Source: an uncultured Planctomycetota bacterium (lineage in GTDB: Bacteria > Planctomycetota > Planctomycetia > Isosphaerales > Isosphaeraceae). From it: DNA of 64,000 nucleotides. The stretch spans positions 1,056,001-1,120,000 of the forward strand of contig CAVTTN010000002.1 of assembly GCA_963737655.1 (NCBI GenBank), read 5' to 3'. The notes below the pieces were generated by a model that saw only the letters and a list, made by a program, of their open reading frames with translations, did not search any database and was not told the origin of the DNA. The position numbers and the translations under genes were made by a program. Below are positions 19,056 through 29,967 of this stretch, in pieces (position 1 is the stretch's first letter; the number at the start of each line of letters is the position of its first letter).

Positions 19056-21962
19056 TCACGGCCCCTTCGGCGGTTGCGGAGACATCGTCGGCCTGGCGGG
19101 GAGTTTTGCCTTTTCCTCGCGCCAGGCCGTCGCCTCGTCGGGCTTGTTTGTGGCCTCGGCCTGGGCGATCAGGCGGTCGAGCGCTTCGGCGAGAATGGCG
19201 CCGGCCTGAGGCGGGATCTTGTCGGCCCGGGCCTTCAGGCCCTCGTAGCCTGAGCGGAGGAGCGGCTCCGCGCCGTCGTCCTTCTGGCCGAGCAGGGCGG
19301 CTCCGAGCATCGAGCTCGTGTTGAACGTGGTCCAGGCGTCGGGTTCGACCTTCTGGCGGAGGGCCAGGGACTCGCGCAAGGGGGATTCGGCCTCGGCCCA
19401 CGCTCTGGCGTCCAGCAGGACCGACCCGATCTGAGCGAGCAATCCGGCCCGTTGGTGATCGTCCGAGGGCAGGGCGGCGCGGCCTTCGGCCAGCATCGTC
19501 CTCGCCAGGGCGACGGCTTGATCGGACCGTTTCGCGCGGAGGTAGGCGGTGATCAGGGGTGAGGTGACCCAGCGCAACACGGGATGTTTGAGGCTGGCCC
19601 GATGCGCCCCTTCGAGCAGGGGCAAGGCGTCGTCCAGGCGACCCGCGTCCCGGTAGGCAACGCCCAGGTTGGCCCGCGCGAACCAGGCGTTGGGATGGTC
19701 GGCCCCGTGCTTGGCGGTGCGAAGCCTGACGACTTCCTCCATCAGGACGATCGCCGGCTCGATCTTCCCCATCGATCGGTAGGTCATGGCCAGGTTGTTC
19801 ATGCTGTTGAGGGTCTCGGCATGGTCGGGGCCGAGCGTCGTCCTCCTCTGTTCGAGCGTCTTCACGTAGAGAGGGAGGGCGAGGTCGAGCCTCCCAGCGG
19901 CGCGGTAGCCGGTGGCGAGATTGTTCATGCTGGTGAGGACGGCGAAGTTGCCGGCGCCGTACTTCGTCATCTTGATCGCGAGGGTGGCCTCAAGAAGCGG
20001 GAGGGCCAGGTCGAGCTTGCCCGCATCCTGGTAGCCGGTGGCGAGGTTGTTCATGCTGGTGAGGAGGGCGGGGTCATCGGGCCTGAGCCGTGTCTTCATG
20101 AGGGCGAGCGTGTCCTCCAGCAGAGGCAGGGCGAGGGTGAGCTTCCCGGCGGCCCGGTAACCCTCGGCGAGGTTGCTCATGCCCTTGAGCGTGTCGGGGT
20201 CGTCGGGTCCGAGCCGCGTTTTCATGAGCGCGAGCGATTCCTCCAGGAGGGGGAGGGCGAGGTCGAGCCGGCCCGCGTCCTGGTAGCTCAGGGCGAGGTT
20301 CTGGAGGCTCTTGAGGGTGTCTCGATGGCCGGCGCCGAGCTTCGTCTCGAAGGTGGCGTGGGCCTGGGTCAGCAGGCGAATCGCCTTCTCGGGATGGGTC
20401 AAGTTGAGCTGGGCCACGCCCAGGGCCTGCTGCATCCGGGCCACGCTCAGCGGGTCGTCAGTCGCTTCGCCCTCCAGCTCCGCCGAGGCCACGTCGAGCC
20501 GCTTCCCCAGGCGCGATAACAGCGGCTCGGCCCCTCGTTCGCCCCGGGGATCCAGGTCGCGGAAGATCGAAAGAAGGATTTCGTTGGCCTTATCCTTCTG
20601 CCCGAGCCGCTTCCTGGCTTCGACCAGCCCCCACGTCGTCCCGATCACGCCGCCGATCAGAGCCATCACGATCAGAGACCCCGCGACCACCCGGCCCCGG
20701 TGCCTTCGGAGAAACTTGCGGAAGCGGTAGGCGGCCGTCGGTGGGCCGGCGGTCACTGGCTCGTGGTTCGCGAACCGTTCGAGGTCGTTGGCCATGCCGA
20801 TGGCCGAGTCGTACCGCCGGCTCCTCTCCTTGGAGAGGGCCTTCATGACGATCCAGTCCAGGTCGCCCCGGACGAACCGGCTCAGGCGGGCCGGCTCGGT
20901 GTGGCGGCTGGCGGCCAGGCTGGGCAGCGCCTCCGAGCTGCTCAGCCGGCTCGACGGCGTGGGCGGCTCGTCCTCCCGGATGATCCTCAGCATCTCGTCC
21001 AGAGCACTCCGCTTCATCGTCGCACGGAGAATCGGCGTCGAACCCGTCAGGAGCTCGTAGAGGACCACGCCCAGGGCGTAGATATCGGCCCGGGTGTCCA
21101 CGTCGATCGCGTTGAACGTGGCCTGCTCCGGCGCCATGTACAGCGGGGTGCCCGCCAGCGTGCCGAAGGCGCTGTAGAGGCTGTGCTCCGAGAGCTGCAG
21201 CCCGCCGGTGGCCTTGGCCAGGCCGAAGTCGATCACCTTCGGCACGGGCTTGTCGTCGTGCGACTCGACCAGGATGTTCGAGGGCTTCAGGTCGCGATGG
21301 ATGATCCCTTTTTGATGGGCGTGCTGGACGGCCGAGCAGACCTGGCGGAACAGGGCGAGCCTCGCCGGCAGGTCCAGGCGGTGGGAGTCGCAGTACTCCG
21401 TGAGCGGGACGCCCTTGACCAGCTCCATCACGAAGAACGGCCGGCCGTCTTCGGTCGATCCGGCGTCGAGCACCCTGGCGATGTTGGGGTGGTCCATCAG
21501 GGCCAGCGCCTGGCGCTCGGCCTCGAACCGGGCCAGGACCGTCCGCGAGTCCATCCCGGGCTTGATCAGCTTCAGGGCGACCTGGCGACGGACCGGCTGG
21601 GTCTGCTCGGCGAGGTAGACCGTGCCCATCCCGCCTTCGCCGATCTCCTGGCGGACCTTGTACCTCCCGGCGATGACGGACCCGACCGGCGAGGGCGGGC
21701 CCTCGACCCGGTACGAGAAGGTCGCGCCGGGGTCCGGCGGGGCGTCGTTCGAGCCGATCGTCGGCGCCTCGGAGCCGGCCCCCAGCCGGGTCTTCAGGGC
21801 CTCGGCGGGGGCGTCGTGGGCGGCGAGGAGCTCCTCCACGCGGAGCCGCAAGGCGGCGTCGTCGCCGCATTCGCGGTCGAGCAGGGCGGGGCGGTCGGCG
21901 GGGTCGGGCAGGTCCAGGGCGGCCTGGAAGAGCGCCTTCACTCGGCGGGGGTCCGGCGTCAT
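19056..21962 (-). CDS. Ser/Thr protein kinase with TPR repeats
   Basis: GEGGMGTV, HRDLKPSN, DFGLAK, GTPLYMAPEQ, RGDLDWIVMKAL, a TM helix and SMNNLA TPR repeats. Confidence 0.95.
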   Translation of the reverse strand: MTPDPRRVKALFQAALDLPDPADRPALLDRECGDDAALRLRVEELLAAHDAPAEALKTRLGAGSEAPTIGSNDAPPDPGATFSYRVEGPPSPVGSVIAGRYKVRQEIGEGGMGTVYLAEQTQPVRRQVALKLIKPGMDSRTVLARFEAERQALALMDHPNIARVLDAGSTEDGRPFFVMELVKGVPLTEYCDSHRLDLPARLALFRQVCSAVQHAHQKGIIHRDLKPSNILVESHDDKPVPKVIDFGLAKATGGLQLSEHSLYSAFGTLAGTPLYMAPEQATFNAIDVDTRADIYALGVVLYELLTGSTPILRATMKRSALDEMLRIIREDEPPTPSSRLSSSEALPSLAASRHTEPARLSRFVRGDLDWIVMKALSKERSRRYDSAIGMANDLERFANHEPVTAGPPTAAYRFRKFLRRHRGRVVAGSLIVMALIGGVIGTTWGLVEARKRLGQKDKANEILLSIFRDLDPRGERGAEPLLSRLGKRLDVASAELEGEATDDPLSVARMQQALGVAQLNLTHPEKAIRLLTQAHATFETKLGAGHRDTLKSLQNLALSYQDAGRLDLALPLLEESLALMKTRLGPDDPDTLKGMSNLAEGYRAAGKLTLALPLLEDTLALMKTRLRPDDPALLTSMNNLATGYQDAGKLDLALPLLEATLAIKMTKYGAGNFAVLTSMNNLATGYRAAGRLDLALPLYVKTLEQRRTTLGPDHAETLNSMNNLAMTYRSMGKIEPAIVLMEEVVRLRTAKHGADHPNAWFARANLGVAYRDAGRLDDALPLLEGAHRASLKHPVLRWVTSPLITAYLRAKRSDQAVALARTMLAEGRAALPSDDHQRAGLLAQIGSVLLDARAWAEAESPLRESLALRQKVEPDAWTTFNTSSMLGAALLGQKDDGAEPLLRSGYEGLKARADKIPPQAGAILAEALDRLIAQAEATNKPDEATAWREEKAKLPARPTMSPQPPKGP

Positions 21963-22179
21963 CGCGAGTCCTCCGGTGGGGTTCGGTCTCCCGGATTGGC
22001 GCGATCCGAGGCCGGCGCGTCTCACGGAAATCCGATCCAGGGTCGTGGGCCGCGTCGTCGATGTCAATCCGTCGATCGCCGGGCCCCCATCCCCATTGAT
22101 CCGAACCGGGCCTTGTGCGATCTTCGAGCGATCGACGTCCGCCCCGCGACGATCTTCCTCTCTCCCGGGACCCTCTCCG

Positions 22180-23524
22180 ATGCGCCATCGGCCGAGTCGT
22201 CGCGCGTTCCTTCGCACCTCGTCCTCGGCCGGGGCGGCGCTGGTGGGTCGCGGCCTCGGGGGCGGATCTGTTCGCCCGGTCGGCCAATGAGGTCGTCAAT
22301 CTCGCGTTCGTGGGCGTGGGCGGGCAGGGGGGGAGCAACCTGCGGAACTTCTCCCGGGTCAAGATCGGCGACAAGGCCGCGGTGAACGTGGTGGCGCTGT
22401 GCGACGTCGATTCCCGGAGGCTCGACGACGCCTCGAAGCTCCATCCCCAGGCCCAGACGTTCGCCGACTTCCGCCGGATGCTCGACCAGGCCGGCAAGAC
22501 GATCGATGCCGTGGTCGTCAGCACGCCCGATCACACCCATGCCGTCACGTCCCTGGCGGCCCTCGGCCTGGGCAAGCACGTCTATTGCGAGAAGCCGCTG
22601 GCCCACTCGGTCTTCGAGACTCGCCGGATGGCCGAGGCGGCGAGCCGGGCCAGGGTGGCCTCGCAGATGGGCAACCAGGGGCAGTCCTCGGACAATACGC
22701 GGAGGATCGTCGAGATCGTCCGCTCCGGGGCGATCGGCCCGGTCCGCGAGGTCCACGCCTGGTCCGATCGGCCGATCTGGCCCCAGGGGATGGAGAGGCG
22801 GCCCGAGGCGCAGGACGTCCCCAAATGGCTCGACTGGGACCTCTGGCTCGGCCCGGCGGCGAATCGGCCGTACAGCGGGGATTACCTCCCGTTCAAGTGG
22901 CGAGGCTGGTGGGACTTCGGCACCGGGGCCCTGGGCGACATGGCCTGCCACGTCGTCAACGCCGCCTTCTGGGCGCTCGACCTGAAATCCCCCTCGACCG
23001 TCGAGGCCCAGGGGGAACCCCATTCGCCCGAATCCGGCCCGAAGTCCGAGACGATCGCCTATGAGTTCCCCGCCCGGGGCGAGAAGCCTCCGGTGACGCT
23101 CACCTGGTACGACGGCGGCCGGAAGCCCCCGGACGACCTGCTGACCGACGGGGAGAAGTGGTCCCGGGGCGGCTCGTTGCTCGTCGGCGAGAAGGGGAAG
23201 CTCTACGTCCCCGACGACTACGGAGGCAAGCACGTCCTGCTCCCGAAGAAGGACTTCGAAGGCTTCAGGCCGCCCCCCGAGACGATCCGCCGGGTGGGCG
23301 ACCATCATCGCGACTTCATCGAGGCGTGCAAGTCCCCGATCGACCGCCCGGCCAGCTCGAATTTCGGCTACTCCGGGCCGTTGACCGAGATGGTCCTGCT
23401 CGGGATCGTGGCGTTCCGGGTCGGCAAGAAGATCGAGTGGGACGGCCCGGCGCTGAGGGTCACGAACTCCTCGGAGGCCGACGCCTTGCTCCGACCCGAA
23501 TTCCGGGGCGGATGGTCTCTCTAG
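22180..23524 (+). CDS. Tat-exported Gfo/Idh/MocA oxidoreductase (frameshift near 22260)
   Basis: SRRAFL Tat motif from ATG 22180, then VGVGGQG, STPDHTH, YCEKPL, WDLWLGPA and GDMACH in another frame. Confidence 0.9.
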
Positions 23525-23543
23525 TCGGAGACGGGAGGGGCCG

Positions 23544-23804
23544 ATGTTCGGCGGGCGAAGGCGGCGGCGAACGACCTTGTGGAAGCCCCGATTCACCATC
23601 GGCGGCGCGATGATCGCCATCGGCCTGATCGCGATCCTGATCACGGCGCTGAGGCCCCTGGGCCGGATGTGGTCGTCGGTGAACCCGGCCCTGGGACAGG
23701 CGATCCTCCGGTACGCGACCCTGGAGACCGGGCTGGTCCTGGGCTGCGGCGTCCTGGGCCTCTACGCCGTGGTCCTGCTGATGAGGATGGACGAGAAGAC
23801 CTGA
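23544..23804 (+). CDS. Small membrane protein
   Basis: PRFTIGGAMIAI start and two hydrophobic helices; RBS GGAGGG. Confidence 0.6.
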   Translation: MFGGRRRRRTTLWKPRFTIGGAMIAIGLIAILITALRPLGRMWSSVNPALGQAILRYATLETGLVLGCGVLGLYAVVLLMRMDEKT

Positions 23805-23811
23805 TGAGGGA

Positions 23812-23930
23812 CGGGTTCACCACCGAGCCACGGGGGGCACGGAGGAAGACACAAGGACCGAGCGAGCGGGTTTTCCTCCCATCCTCTTCGTGCCTTCCTC
23901 CGTGACCTCCGTGGCTCGGTGGTGAACCCG
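23812..23930. repeat. Palindromic intergenic element (CGGGTTCACCACCGAGCCACGG arms)
   Basis: Perfect 22-nt inverted arms with purine-rich and pyrimidine-rich inner parts; same design as family C. Confidence 0.8.
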
Positions 23931-24068
23931 GGCTCCCAGGGATGGGACGAACCGATCGGCGGCGAGAGGTGTCGAGGCCCCGGCATCTTCTCGGGTACAA
24001 TGGCGAGATCGCCCGAGACCGCGACTCGCCGACGGCCCCGCCCTTTCGATCCGGACCGGAACGTTCTC

Positions 24069-25227
24069 ATGATCTACCTCGACAACGCCGCCACCAGCTT
24101 CCCCAAGCCCGAGCCGGTCTACCAGGCGATGGACCGCTTCGCCCGGAGACTCCCTGGCCAACCCGGGTCGGTCGGGGCACCGGATGGCGACCGAGGCCGA
24201 GCGCTCGCTCGACGACGCCCGCCACGCCCTCAACGCCTTCTTCCGCGGCGAGGCCCCCCAGCGCCTGGATCTTCACCTTCAACTGCACCGACTCCCTGAA
24301 CCTGGCGATCAAGGGCACCGTCGAGCCCGGCGATCACGTGATCACCTCGGACCTGGAACATAACTCGGTCAGCCGACCCCTGCGGAAGCTCGAGAAAGAC
24401 GGCGTGATCTCCCTGACGAGGGTGGCCTCGCACGACGGCTACCTCGACCCGGCCGAGATCCGCGCCGCCCTCCGCCCCGAGACGGCCCTGGTCGCGCTCA
24501 CCCACGCGTCGAACGTCCTGGGGACCGTCCAGCCGATCGAGGAGATCGCCGCGATCGTCCGCGAGGCCGACGCCCTGTTCCTCGTCGATGCGGCGCAATC
24601 GGCCGGGGTGGTCCCGATCGACCTGAAAACCACGCCGATCGACCTCCTCGCCTTCCCCGGCCACAAGGCGCTCTATGGCCCGACCGGGACCGGAGCGCTC
24701 TACGTCGGCCCCCGCGCCAAGCCTCGCGCCTGGCGGGAAGGCGGCACCGGCGGGGATTCGAAGACGGAGGTCCAGCCGGACCTCATGCCGTACTTCCTCG
24801 AAGGGGGGACGCCGAACGTCCTGGGGATCGCCGGGCTGGCCGCCGGGATCGCCTGGGTCGCCGAGCGAGGCGTCGAGGCGAACCGCCTCCACGAGGTCCA
24901 CCTGCTCCAGAAGGTCGTCGATGGGGTGAACGGCTCGCCCGACGGCTGGAAGGTCGCCGGCCGGTGGGACCCCGCGACCCACGTCGGGGCCCTGTCGCTG
25001 ATCCCGCCCGACCCGGACGTCTTCGCCTCCCAGGACGTGGCGATGATCCTCGACACGAGCTTCGGGATCGCCGTGAGGGCGGGGCTGCACTGCTCTCCCT
25101 ATGCCCACCGGAGGATCGGCACGTTCCCCGACGGGACCGTCCGCCTGAGCCCGGCCCGTTCAACACCGAGGCGGAGATCGAGGCGTTGCTCGCGGCCCTC
25201 AGCCAGATCGGCGCGGGGGTCTTATGA
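24069..25227 (+). CDS. Cysteine desulfurase family, class V PLP enzyme (frameshifts near 24150, 24260 and 25150)
   Basis: MIYLDNAATSFPKP, LEHNSV, HASNVLG, VDAAQ, PGHKALYGP, RAGLHC and VRLSPGPFNT assembled across frames. Confidence 0.88.
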
Positions 25228-25243
25228 CCGGGGGGCGTCCCGG

Positions 25244-25999
25244 ATGAAGATCACGATCACCTGCCCCCGCTGCGGGCAGAAATACGACGTGGCGGCGTCG
25301 CTGGCCGGGCGGCGGGTCCGGTGCAAGGAGTGCTTCGAGGACATCCGCGTCCCGATCCCCTCGCCCGAGGCCGCCCGACGGGTCGCGCCGGCCCCTTCGC
25401 CGGCGCCGGCGCCGGCCGTCGATCTCGACGACGAGGAGGAACTCGCGGACGCCCCTCCGCCGCCCTCCCTCGCGGCGATTCGGAAGGCGGAGCCGGGTCG
25501 AGGCGCGAAGCTCTGGGGCCCGCTACTGGTCCTCGCGACGGTCGCGGCGGCGGGCGCTCTTTTGGTCTGGACCGGCGCGATCCCCCTGGGCCCCGGGGCA
25601 AGGCCCGGAGCGGAGGCCGCCCCGGCGACGGCGGCCGTGCCCGAGTTCGAGGCCGAGCGAACCAGGCTCGCCCAGCGCCTGGGCGATCGCGGGGTCACGC
25701 TCGCGATCTTCGGCCTCCCCGACCTGGACGACCCGGCCGACTCCCCTCGCCGTCAGGCGATCGACGCCGCCCTCCTCGAGAAAGTCCGCGAGCTGGCGCC
25801 CGGCGGCGAGGTCGCCGGGGGCGGTTCGGGATCGTCCCGGACGTTCACCATCGGCCCGGTCGCCGACGCCGGAGAACTCCGCGCCTCGATCCGGTTCGGC
25901 AAGGCCACCCGCCGAGGCTCGCGGATCGAAATCGAGATCGACCCGAAGCTCCTCGGCGAGATCGACCCCGGAGGGGCCGTCGGCGAGCCTCGCCCTTGA
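25244..25999 (+). CDS. Zinc-ribbon membrane protein
   Basis: CPRCG...AGRRVRCKEC, a Pro-rich linker and a TM helix. Confidence 0.75.
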   Translation: MKITITCPRCGQKYDVAASLAGRRVRCKECFEDIRVPIPSPEAARRVAPAPSPAPAPAVDLDDEEELADAPPPPSLAAIRKAEPGRGAKLWGPLLVLATVAAAGALLVWTGAIPLGPGARPGAEAAPATAAVPEFEAERTRLAQRLGDRGVTLAIFGLPDLDDPADSPRRQAIDAALLEKVRELAPGGEVAGGGSGSSRTFTIGPVADAGELRASIRFGKATRRGSRIEIEIDPKLLGEIDPGGAVGEPRP

Positions 26000-26037
26000 G
26001 TCGGCGGGCCTCTTCGGCTATACTGAACACGCATTCA
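25996..26037 (+). promoter_or_regulatory. Sigma70-type promoter with overlapping palindromic operator (possible LexA box)
   Basis: TTGAGT-N17-TATACT followed directly by TGAACACGCATTCA. Confidence 0.55.
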
Positions 26038-26070
26038 AAACGGCCGCGTTTCGGACGAGGAGACGGACCG

Positions 26071-26424
26071 ATGAGGTCGGCTTCCCATCGCTCGAGGAAG
26101 GGCGCTGGTCTCTCTCCCCAGATCCTCCTGGCGGCCGTGGCGATCGTCGGCGCGGTCGCCCTGCTGGCGACGGCCCGGCAAGGCCCCTCGGAGGTCCCTC
26201 CGCCTCCCGACCTGGTCGTGGAGGCGAACACGGCGCCCCTCGGGGTGCTCGCCGCCTTGCCGAACCTCGGGCCCAGCCGGGTCGAGGCGATCGCCAAGGC
26301 CCGAGAGGCCCGGCCTTTTCGCTCCCTGGACGACCTGGACCGCCGCGTGAAGGGGATCGGCCCCGCCACGGCCTCCGGGCTCCGGCCGTTCCTCCGGTTC
26401 GACGCCCCGTCCCCCGGTCGGTGA
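26071..26424 (+). CDS. ComEA-family helix-hairpin-helix DNA-binding protein
   Basis: TM helix then ANTAP...LAALPNLGPSRVEAI...R...PFRSLDDL..RVKGIGP. Confidence 0.85.
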   Translation: MRSASHRSRKGAGLSPQILLAAVAIVGAVALLATARQGPSEVPPPPDLVVEANTAPLGVLAALPNLGPSRVEAIAKAREARPFRSLDDLDRRVKGIGPATASGLRPFLRFDAPSPGR

Positions 26425-26433
26425 GGCCGCCCC

Positions 26434-28506
26434 ATGCCCGATTTCCAGCTCGTCAGCCCGTTCCCCCCGGCCGGAGACCAGCCCCGCGCCATCGACGAAC
26501 TCGTCGCCGGGCTGAAGGCCGGACGCACGAACCAGACCCTCCTGGGCGTGACCGGATCGGGCAAGACCTTCACCATGGCCAACGTGATCGCCCGGATGAA
26601 CCGGCCGGCGCTGGTGATGTCGCACAACAAGACGCTCGCCGCCCAGCTCTACGGCGAGTTCAAGGAGTTCTTCCCCCACAACGCCGTCCGCTACTTCGTC
26701 AGCTATTACGATTACTACCAGCCCGAAGCCTACATCCCCCAGCGCGATATCTACATCGAAAAAGACTCCTCGATCAACGAGGAGATCGAGCGTTTGCGGC
26801 TCCAGTGTACCAGCGCCCTGGTCAGCCGGAACGACGTGGTGGTGATCTCCAGCGTGTCGAGCATCTACGGCCTCGGCTCGCCCGAGGATTACCGCAAGCT
26901 CACCGTGAAGCTCCACGTCGGCCAGCAGATCGACCGCGACGAGATGCTCCTGAGGTTCGTGGACATCCAGTACGACCGCAACGACGTGGCGTTCGAGCGC
27001 AGCAAGTTCCGAGTCCGGGGGGACGTGGTCGAACTCTGGCCCGCCTACGAGGAGATCGCCTTCCGCATCGAGCTGTTCGGCGACGAGATCGAGACCCTCG
27101 CCATCATCGACCCGCTGACCGGCGGCGTGATCGAGCGCAAGGAGGAGATGTACGTCTACCCGGCCAAGCACTTCGTGATGCCCGAGGACCGCATCGAGGG
27201 GGCCGTGAAGTCGATCCAGGAGGAGCTCGACCAGAGGCTCCAGCAGTTGAAGGAGCAGGGCAAGCTTCTGGAGGCCCAACGCCTGGCCGCGCGGACCCGC
27301 TACGACATGGAGATGCTCCTGGAGGTCGGCCACTGCTCGGGGATCGAGAATTACAGCCGGGCCCTCTCGGGCCGGAAGCCGGGCGAGACGCCCAATACCC
27401 TCCTGGATTTCTTCCCGCAAGACAGCCTTTTGTTCGTCGATGAATCGCACGTGAGCCTCCCGCAGATCCGGGGGATGTTCGCGGGCGACTTCAGCCGCAA
27501 GAGCACCCTGGTCGAGCACGGGTTCCGCCTCCCCAGCGCCCTGGACAACCGGCCGTTGCGGTTCGACGAGTGGGAGAAGAAGCTCGGCCCGAGGATTTTC
27601 GTGAGCGCCACGCCCGCCGACTACGAGATCACCATGAGCGGCGGAGAGGTCGTGGAGCAGGTGATCCGCCCCACGGGCCTGGTCGATCCGATCGTGAGGG
27701 TCGAGCCGGCCAGGGGCCAGGTCCCGGCCCTCCTGATCGAGGCGAGGAAGAGGGCCGAGTCCGGCGAGCGCGTTTTGGTCACGACGCTCACCAAGAAGCT
27801 GGCCGAGGACCTCTCGCGGTTCCTGAAGGAGCAGGGCCTGCGCTGCAAGTGGCTCCACTCCGAGCTCGACGCCTTCGAGCGGGTGACGATCTTGCGGGAG
27901 CTCCGCGAGGGGGCGTTCGACGTCCTCGTGGGAGTGAACCTCCTGAGGGAAGGGCTGGATTTGCCCGAGGTCTCGATGGTCTGCATCCTCGACGCCGACA
28001 AGGAAGGCTTCTTGCGGAGCGAGACCTCCTTGATCCAGACGATCGGCCGATCGGCGAGGAACGTGAACGCGGAGGTCGTCCTCTACGCCGACACGGTCAC
28101 GCAATCGATGCAGCGAGCCATCGACGAGACGGCGAGGCGTCGGGCGTTGCAGATCGCCTACAACACCGAGCACGGGATCACGCCCGAGACGATCAAGAAG
28201 GCGATCCGCCGGGGGATCGAGGAAGAAATCCAGGCGAGGACGGAGGTCCGCAAGGCGGTGGGGCGCGACGAGGTCGAGGAGGTGACCGAGGAGTACATCA
28301 ATGAGCTCGAAGGCGAGATGCTCAAGGCGGCCGAGAACCTGGAATTCGAGCGAGCCGCCGCCCTCCGCGACCGCGTGATGGCGCTGAAGTCGCAGAAATC
28401 GGGAGGCCCGGTGAGGACGGCGGCCTCCCCGCAGGCCACCAGCGCCAGGGCGAAGGCCAGGGCCGGAGGGAAGAAGGGTTCGAGGCAGTCGAAGCCGTCG
28501 TTGTGA
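26434..28506 (+). CDS. uvrB: Excinuclease ABC subunit B
   Basis: [58 protein letters not shown] and a UVR domain. Confidence 0.99.
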   Translation: MPDFQLVSPFPPAGDQPRAIDELVAGLKAGRTNQTLLGVTGSGKTFTMANVIARMNRPALVMSHNKTLAAQLYGEFKEFFPHNAVRYFVSYYDYYQPEAYIPQRDIYIEKDSSINEEIERLRLQCTSALVSRNDVVVISSVSSIYGLGSPEDYRKLTVKLHVGQQIDRDEMLLRFVDIQYDRNDVAFERSKFRVRGDVVELWPAYEEIAFRIELFGDEIETLAIIDPLTGGVIERKEEMYVYPAKHFVMPEDRIEGAVKSIQEELDQRLQQLKEQGKLLEAQRLAARTRYDMEMLLEVGHCSGIENYSRALSGRKPGETPNTLLDFFPQDSLLFVDESHVSLPQIRGMFAGDFSRKSTLVEHGFRLPSALDNRPLRFDEWEKKLGPRIFVSATPADYEITMSGGEVVEQVIRPTGLVDPIVRVEPARGQVPALLIEARKRAESGERVLVTTLTKKLAEDLSRFLKEQGLRCKWLHSELDAFERVTILRELREGAFDVLVGVNLLREGLDLPEVSMVCILDADKEGFLRSETSLIQTIGRSARNVNAEVVLYADTVTQSMQRAIDETARRRALQIAYNTEHGITPETIKKAIRRGIEEEIQARTEVRKAVGRDEVEEVTEEYINELEGEMLKAAENLEFERAAALRDRVMALKSQKSGGPVRTAASPQATSARAKARAGGKKGSRQSKPSL

Positions 28507-28656
28507 GCGATCCCTGAAGGGCACGCGCCCCGAATTCCTCCCGGCGGTCCGCTCTTTCGCCGACGGGGGTGCCGGCCGACGGAGGGGCAAGTCGCGGACG
28601 GGCCGGGGGATTCGGCTGGGAAATCGGAGGTGTCGTCTCGGGGACCGCCTCGCTTC

Positions 28657-28765
28657 GGGTGCCCCCGGTTCTCGAACCGGGGTCGCGAAGCGACAAGAGA
28701 CGCTCTCGATCGCGTCGCCAGCCTCTCGCGGCTGCGCCGCCCCGGTTCGAGAACCGGGGGCACCC
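28657..28765. repeat. REP-like inverted doublet (GGGTGCCCCCGGTTCTCGAACCGGGG)
   Basis: 26-nt perfect inverted arms, each with an internal hairpin. Confidence 0.85.
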
Positions 28766-29083
28766 AGGTTGAGCCGACCACCCGACGAGACGATCGCCGG
28801 GATCCCGGGTCACACCGCGGGCCGGGGGCTTCGGTGCGGTCCCGAACCGGGCCCTGGAAGGCTCGGGGCCTGCGTGCTAGACTCCGGGGAAATTTGCCAG
28901 AATCGCCCGAAGCCGGGGCCCTGGCCCGGGTTCTCGGCGAGCCGGTGGAGAGCCGCCATGAGCCGTTCCTGGGCCCGGGACCTCCGCCTCTCCTGCCTGC
29001 TCTCGCTCGCGACCGCCTTGACCCTCGCCCTCGCGGCCCCGCCTCCTCCCTGCCCCGCCTGCCCCCGCCTCGGAGATGACCGC

Positions 29084-29737
29084 ATGCTGGAGCCCCACAC
29101 CGCGAGCCTCCTCGTCGATTATTTCGAGGCGTTCCTCCGCGACAAGGACCTTGAGGCGTTCCATCGCAACGTCCTGGCCCGGTACACCGAGGGGACGCTC
29201 GCGCGGCTGGCCTCCAGCGGGGACCTCCAGGCGAAGAGGGCGGCGGTCCTGGCCCTGGGGCTGGTCGGCTCGTTCGAGGTGAATCAGGCCGTCGCCCGGG
29301 GCCTGCGCGACCCCGACGCCGCCGTTCGGAACCTCTCGCAGAACGCCCTGTGGGCCATCTGGTTCCGCGCCGGGACGCCCGAGCACAACGCGAGGCTCCA
29401 GGAGGTCCGCGACCTGATCGGCCGGGAACGGTTCGCCGAGGCGCGCGACCTCGCCGCCCGCCTGATCGCCGACGCCCCGGGGTTCGCCGAGGCGTACAAC
29501 CAGCGGGCCATCGCGTTCTTCTCGATGGAAGACTACGCCCAGAGCGCCGCCGAATGCCGCCGGGCCCTGGAGCGCAACCCGTACCACTTCGGCGCGCTCG
29601 GCGGCCTCGGCCAGTGTTACCTGAAGCTCGGCCGCAACCGGGACGCCCTCCAGACCTTCCGCCGCGCCCTGACCTTGCAGCCCTTCAGCGCCGGCCTCCG
29701 CCAGACCGTCGAGATGCTGGAAGCCGAGGGGGAATAG
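29084..29737 (+). CDS. HEAT + TPR repeat protein (alternative start 28958)
   Basis: RAAVLALGLVG, LRDPDAAVR...ALWAIW, FAEAYNQRA, NPYHFGA..GLGQCY. Confidence 0.85.
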   Translation: MLEPHTASLLVDYFEAFLRDKDLEAFHRNVLARYTEGTLARLASSGDLQAKRAAVLALGLVGSFEVNQAVARGLRDPDAAVRNLSQNALWAIWFRAGTPEHNARLQEVRDLIGRERFAEARDLAARLIADAPGFAEAYNQRAIAFFSMEDYAQSAAECRRALERNPYHFGALGGLGQCYLKLGRNRDALQTFRRALTLQPFSAGLRQTVEMLEAEGE

Positions 29738-29743
29738 ATCGAG

Positions 29744-29941
29744 GATGAACCGCCAAGCCGCCAAGAGCGCCAAGGGCAGAGGAGAGGAGGAAGAGAGAAA
29801 ACGAGGCAGGAAAAAAGAGTTGGGTTGCTCGGCCGGTCACTCGTGATTTGCGCGTTCACGCCTCGATCTCTTTTCTCTCGTCTCCTCCTCTCCTCCTCCT
29901 CTTCTCCCTCCTTGGCGCTCTTGGCGGCTTGGCGGTTCATC
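29744..29941. repeat. Palindromic element family C
   Basis: GATGAACCGCCAAGCCGCCAAGAGCGCCAAGG and its exact reverse complement, with GA-rich and CT-rich interior. Confidence 0.9.
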
Positions 29942-29967
29942 TCCCTCCCCTCGGCGGTTCGTCCGGA

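Noticed and set aside
24069..25227. Programmed frameshifting or true pseudogenes
   Set aside because: No slippery heptamers seen, and indels are scattered across unrelated genes; sequencing error is the simpler explanation.
23942..25999. Cysteine desulfurase-zinc ribbon fusion (685-aa ORF)
   Set aside because: Artefact of an indel near 25150. The desulfurase C-terminus ends at 25227 in another frame, and the next gene has its own ATG.
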